A DNA stretch of 47,034 nt from Fonticula-like sp. SCN 57-25 (taxonomy: Eukaryota): assembly GCA_001724245.1 (NCBI GenBank), contig MEDX01000017.1, positions 1 to 47,034 on the forward strand, written 5' to 3'. Under the pieces are notes generated by a model. It ran no database searches and was not told where the DNA came from. It saw only the letters and a list, made by a program, of their open reading frames with translations. A program made the position numbers and the translations under genes. Shown in pieces: positions 43,746 to 47,034 of this stretch. The stretch's first letter is position 1; the number at the start of each line of letters is the position of its first letter.

Positions 43746-46148
43746 TTAGAGTGCCGCGCGGATCGCGTCGACGTCAATGTTGTGAATCTTGTATGCGTCG
43801 ATAATATCAGAGCTCTGCCCGAATGTGGTGACGCCGAGCGAGCGCGTCGCGTTGCCCTGCACGGATCCGAGCCAGGCGAGCGCCGCCGGGTGGCCGTCCT
43901 GCACCGTCACAATCTTTGCCCCCTGCGGCACCGCCGCGAGCAGGGACGCAATATGCGAATCGGACGAGAACGCGGCCGCCTTGTGCCAGTCGCTGTACAG
44001 GCGCGCGTGCGACGTGACCGCGAGGAGCGCAACGTCGTCGCGGCCCTCGACGGCCTTGCTCGCCTCTGGCGCGACCGTTCCGGCGTAAGCAAGAACCGTC
44101 TTTGTCTTCTTGGACGGGGCGACGCGCCAGTAGGCGCCCTTGATGATGTCGTCGCGGAGCTCGGTGGTCATCTCGCGCTGCGGCTGGTCAAGCGGGCGCG
44201 TGGAGAGGCGCAGGTACACGCTACCGCCCTTCTCCTCCTGCATGTAGACGAATGCGTGGCGCGTAATGACGGCGAGCTCGTCGGCAAACGCGGGCTCGTA
44301 GCTGACGAGGCCCGGCTGCGAAAGGCCGATGAGCGGCGTGTTAATGGACTGGTGCGCGCCACCCTCTGGCGCGAGGCTGACGCCCGAGGGCGTTGCCACA
44401 AGCAGCATGCGCGCGTCCATGTAGCACGCGTAGTTGAGCGCATCGAGACCGCGCGCAATGAACGGGTCATACAGCGTGCCGATGGGGAGCAGGCGGCGGC
44501 CAAACACCGAGCTGCTCAGACCGAGCGCCGCAAGGATCAAAAACAGGTTGTTTTCGGCGATGCCCAGCTCAATGTGCTGCCCCTTGGGCGTCACGTCCCA
44601 CTTTTGCATCGAGGGCATCTTGCTCGCGCGGAACACGTCGGGGCGGTCGTTGAGGCCAAACACGCCGCGCTGGTTCACCCACCCGCCCAGGTTGGTCGAC
44701 GTGGCCACGTCGGGCGCCGTTGTGACAATGCGCGAGGCCAGAGGAAGCGTCGAGCGGCCGAGCTCCATCATGAGCTTGCCAAACGCCTCCTGCGTCGACA
44801 TCGTGGGGCTCGGCGGCAGCGACAGCACGTCGGGCACCGGCAGCGGCGCCTCGGTCAGCCGCCGCGAGCCAGGGCCGCCGCGCGCAAACGGAACCTTGCT
44901 GAGGAAGGCCTCGAGCTTTGCGCGCGGCGTCGAGAGACCAACAAAGCGGTCCCACTCGGAGCCAACGGGGACCTTGTGCGACGCCTGCAGCGCCGTCATC
45001 TGCGGTGTGTTGAGAAGGCCGCTGTGGTTGTCGCGGTGGCCCGCGAGCGGAAGGCCGTATCCCTTGACAGTGTAGGTGATGAAGCACGTCGGCGTCGACT
45101 CCTTGCCGGCCTCCTCAAAGGCCTCCAGAAGCGTCTCCATGCAGTGGCCGCCAAGGTTGGTCATAAGGCGGAAGAGCGCGTCGTCGTCGTGTGCGGCGAC
45201 AATGGCGAGTGCGTCGGCGTCATCGGCGAGATCGCGCTCCAGCGCGGCACGGAAGGCCTTGCCGCCCGAAAAGGTAAGCACAGAGTAGCGCACGTTGTCA
45301 ATCGCGTTCATCCAGCGGCGCAGCGACCGGCCACCAGGACGGTCAAACGCGGCCTGAAGCAGCTTGCCGTACTTTACCGTCAGTACGCGGAAGCCATTTG
45401 ACCGGAACAGGCGGTCAATCTGACGGAAAGAATTGTCGCCGACCACATTGTCGAGCGACTGGCGGTTGTAGTCAATAATCCACCAGTTATTGCGGACCTT
45501 GTGCTTCCAGCTCTCCAGCAGCACTTCATAGACATTACCTTCGTCCAGCTCGGCATCGCCAACAATGGCGATCATGCGGCCCGGACGGGCGGCATCCTCG
45601 CCGGTCCCCGCGGGAACCTGAGGCGCAAAGTCGCCGCCCTTGAGGGCGAGGTAGTCCTGCGTGAGGGCCGCAAAAGTGGTCACCGCGGCTCCAAGGCCCA
45701 CCGAACCGGTCGAAAAGTCAACATCGTCCTTGTCCTTGGTGCGCGACGGGTACGCCTGGACGCCTCCAAGAGAGCGGAAACGCTCAAGCTGATCGAGCGA
45801 CTGATGCCCAAGCATGTACTGGATCGCATGAAAGATCGGGCTCGCGTGAGGCTTCACTGCAACGCGGTCATGCGGCCGGAGCGCAGAAAAGTAGAGCGCA
45901 GTCAAAATGGTCGCCATGCTCGAGCTCGATGCCTGGTGGCCGCCAACCTTGATACCGTCGCGCTTGGGGCGAAGGTTGTTGGCATTGTGAATCATGTACG
46001 AGGAGAGCCACAAAACCTTGCTCTCCAGGTCACGCAGCGTGTCCAGGTCGCCAGCACCAGGCGCGCTCGCAAGCCACCGAAGGCCGACCGCAGGGCGCGC
46101 GGCCACCGCTGCCACGCCCGCGCGGTTCACACGACCCAGCCGCAACAT
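43746..46148 (-). CDS. Bacterial-type single-chain (AceE-like, transketolase-fold) pyruvate/2-oxoacid dehydrogenase E1 with predicted mitochondrial presequence; intronless
   Basis: Motifs KVLWLSSYMIHNAN..KVGGHQASS, KPHASP, AYPSR, DFSTGSVGLG, the ThDP-binding motif GDAELDEG..DYNRQSLD, HIELGIAENN, GTLYDPF and EGGAHQS. N-terminus MLRLGRVNRAGVAAVAARPAVGLRWLAS is Arg-rich and lacks acidic residues. Confidence 0.88.
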   Translation of the reverse strand: MLRLGRVNRAGVAAVAARPAVGLRWLASAPGAGDLDTLRDLESKVLWLSSYMIHNANNLRPKRDGIKVGGHQASSSSMATILTALYFSALRPHDRVAVKPHASPIFHAIQYMLGHQSLDQLERFRSLGGVQAYPSRTKDKDDVDFSTGSVGLGAAVTTFAALTQDYLALKGGDFAPQVPAGTGEDAARPGRMIAIVGDAELDEGNVYEVLLESWKHKVRNNWWIIDYNRQSLDNVVGDNSFRQIDRLFRSNGFRVLTVKYGKLLQAAFDRPGGRSLRRWMNAIDNVRYSVLTFSGGKAFRAALERDLADDADALAIVAAHDDDALFRLMTNLGGHCMETLLEAFEEAGKESTPTCFITYTVKGYGLPLAGHRDNHSGLLNTPQMTALQASHKVPVGSEWDRFVGLSTPRAKLEAFLSKVPFARGGPGSRRLTEAPLPVPDVLSLPPSPTMSTQEAFGKLMMELGRSTLPLASRIVTTAPDVATSTNLGGWVNQRGVFGLNDRPDVFRASKMPSMQKWDVTPKGQHIELGIAENNLFLILAALGLSSSVFGRRLLPIGTLYDPFIARGLDALNYACYMDARMLLVATPSGVSLAPEGGAHQSINTPLIGLSQPGLVSYEPAFADELAVITRHAFVYMQEEKGGSVYLRLSTRPLDQPQREMTTELRDDIIKGAYWRVAPSKKTKTVLAYAGTVAPEASKAVEGRDDVALLAVTSHARLYSDWHKAAAFSSDSHIASLLAAVPQGAKIVTVQDGHPAALAWLGSVQGNATRSLGVTTFGQSSDIIDAYKIHNIDVDAIRAAL

Positions 46149-46290
46149 TACAACAGGCTGCAAACCGTTGTGCAGTTTGCACTGAAATATATCCCTGTCA
46201 ATTGTCGATAGATGAGCGTGTCAATTTGTAGGCAATTTCTAATCAGCGTTTTTGAACGTGAGCCGCGCTCTGGCAACTGCTGCTGCTGCC

Positions 46291-47034
46291 ATGTCGGGCT
46301 TTACGTTCAACATGCCGGCTGCCGGAGGCGCATCGCCGTTCGGAGGCCAGGGTCAGACGACTGGCACCGCACAGACGGGCGGCTTTGGCACCGGCTTGGC
46401 TGGATTCGGCGGCTTTGGCTCGGCGCCTGCCGCTGGAGCCGCGCCGGCTGCCGGTGCTGCTCCCGCCGCCGGCGGATTCGGCGCTGCTCCTGCTGCAGGA
46501 GGATTTGGTGGGTTTGGTGCCGCTTCTACTGCGGCTAGGCCACCCGCTTCTACCGGCTTTGGGGCGGCTGCTGGTGCATTCGGTGCTCCTGCCGCTGCTC
46601 CTGCCGCTGGTGCGTTCGGTGCTCCTGCCGCTGCTCCTGCTGCTGGTGCTTTTGGCGCGCCTGCTGCTGGGGCTGCTCCTGCTGCCGGAGCTTTCGGTTT
46701 CGGTGCTGCACCTGCCGCTGGTGCTTCTGCTCCTGCCGCTGGTGCTCCTGCTGCGGGCGGATTTGGTTTTGGTGCCGCTGCTCCCGCTGCTGGCGCTGCT
46801 CCTGCTTTTGGCGCTGCTGCGCCCGCCGCTAGCGCTGCTCCTGCCTTCGGGGCTGCTGCTCCCGCTGCTGGTGCTGCCCCCGCCTTTGGCGCGCCCGCTG
46901 CGGGCACCGCTGCTCCTGCTGCGGGCGGATTCGGTTTCGGTGCTGCCGCGCCCGCTGCTGGCGCTGCTCCTGCCTTTGGTGCTGCTGCTCCCGCTGCTGG
47001 CGCTGCTCCTGCCTTTGGTGCTGCTGCTCCCGCT
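46291..47034 (+). CDS. FG-repeat nucleoporin N-terminus (Nsp1/Nup62- or Nup54/58-like), runs off the right edge
   Basis: ATG at 46291 gives MSGFTFNMPAAGGASPFGGQGQTTGTAQTGGFGTGLAGFGGFGSAPAAG..., open to the window end with many GFG/AFG repeats. It is absent from the ORF track because it has no stop within the window. Confidence 0.8.
   Translation, partial: MSGFTFNMPAAGGASPFGGQGQTTGTAQTGGFGTGLAGFGGFGSAPAAGAAPAAGAAPAAGGFGAAPAAGGFGGFGAASTAARPPASTGFGAAAGAFGAPAAAPAAGAFGAPAAAPAAGAFGAPAAGAAPAAGAFGFGAAPAAGASAPAAGAPAAGGFGFGAAAPAAGAAPAFGAAAPAASAAPAFGAAAPAAGAAPAFGAPAAGTAAPAAGGFGFGAAAPAAGAAPAFGAAAPAAGAAPAFGAAAPA
46420..47034 (+). repeat. Coding tandem repeats (about 30-40 bp units) encoding FG(A)AAPAAGAAPA
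   Basis: Repeated gctgctcctgcctttggtgctgctgctcccgctgctggc-like units. Confidence 0.85.

Overview
Gene-dense, GC-rich eukaryotic nuclear DNA from a unicellular protist. Spliceosomal introns are short, mostly about 40-80 nt, with GTRCG donors, CTRAC-like branch points and YAG acceptors. About 22 protein genes and one tRNA-Val(UAC) are visible. Left to right: a secreted protein with EGF and tandem HRM-like repeats (truncated at the left edge), proteasome beta-2/Pre1, a degenerate SDR, an orphan ORF, NBAS/Sec39, a Prs5/PRPSAP-type PRPP synthetase, CAMTA, ZFPL1, SCAMP, an acidic-repeat ADF-H protein, an RBR E3 ligase, a C-CAP-like protein, a spliced 74-aa microprotein, a Dabb protein, a 6xPH RasGAP, LTO1/ORAOV1, CHD1, tRNA-Val, a UBA/CUE-like protein, NUDCD1, a Pom152-like nucleoporin, an intronless bacterial AceE-type ThDP enzyme with a mitochondrial-like presequence, and an FG-nucleoporin (truncated at the right edge). 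Fungal-type markers (Pom152, Prs5-like) occur together with CAMTA and ZFPL1, which suggests by inference an early-branching holomycotan or nucleariid-like amoeba. The most notable items are the AceE-type mitochondrial E1 candidate, a recurring TGCAGTTTGCA/(CAAACTG)n element just upstream of several start codons, and several unusual domain architectures. All family assignments come from motif recognition by eye, with no database search.
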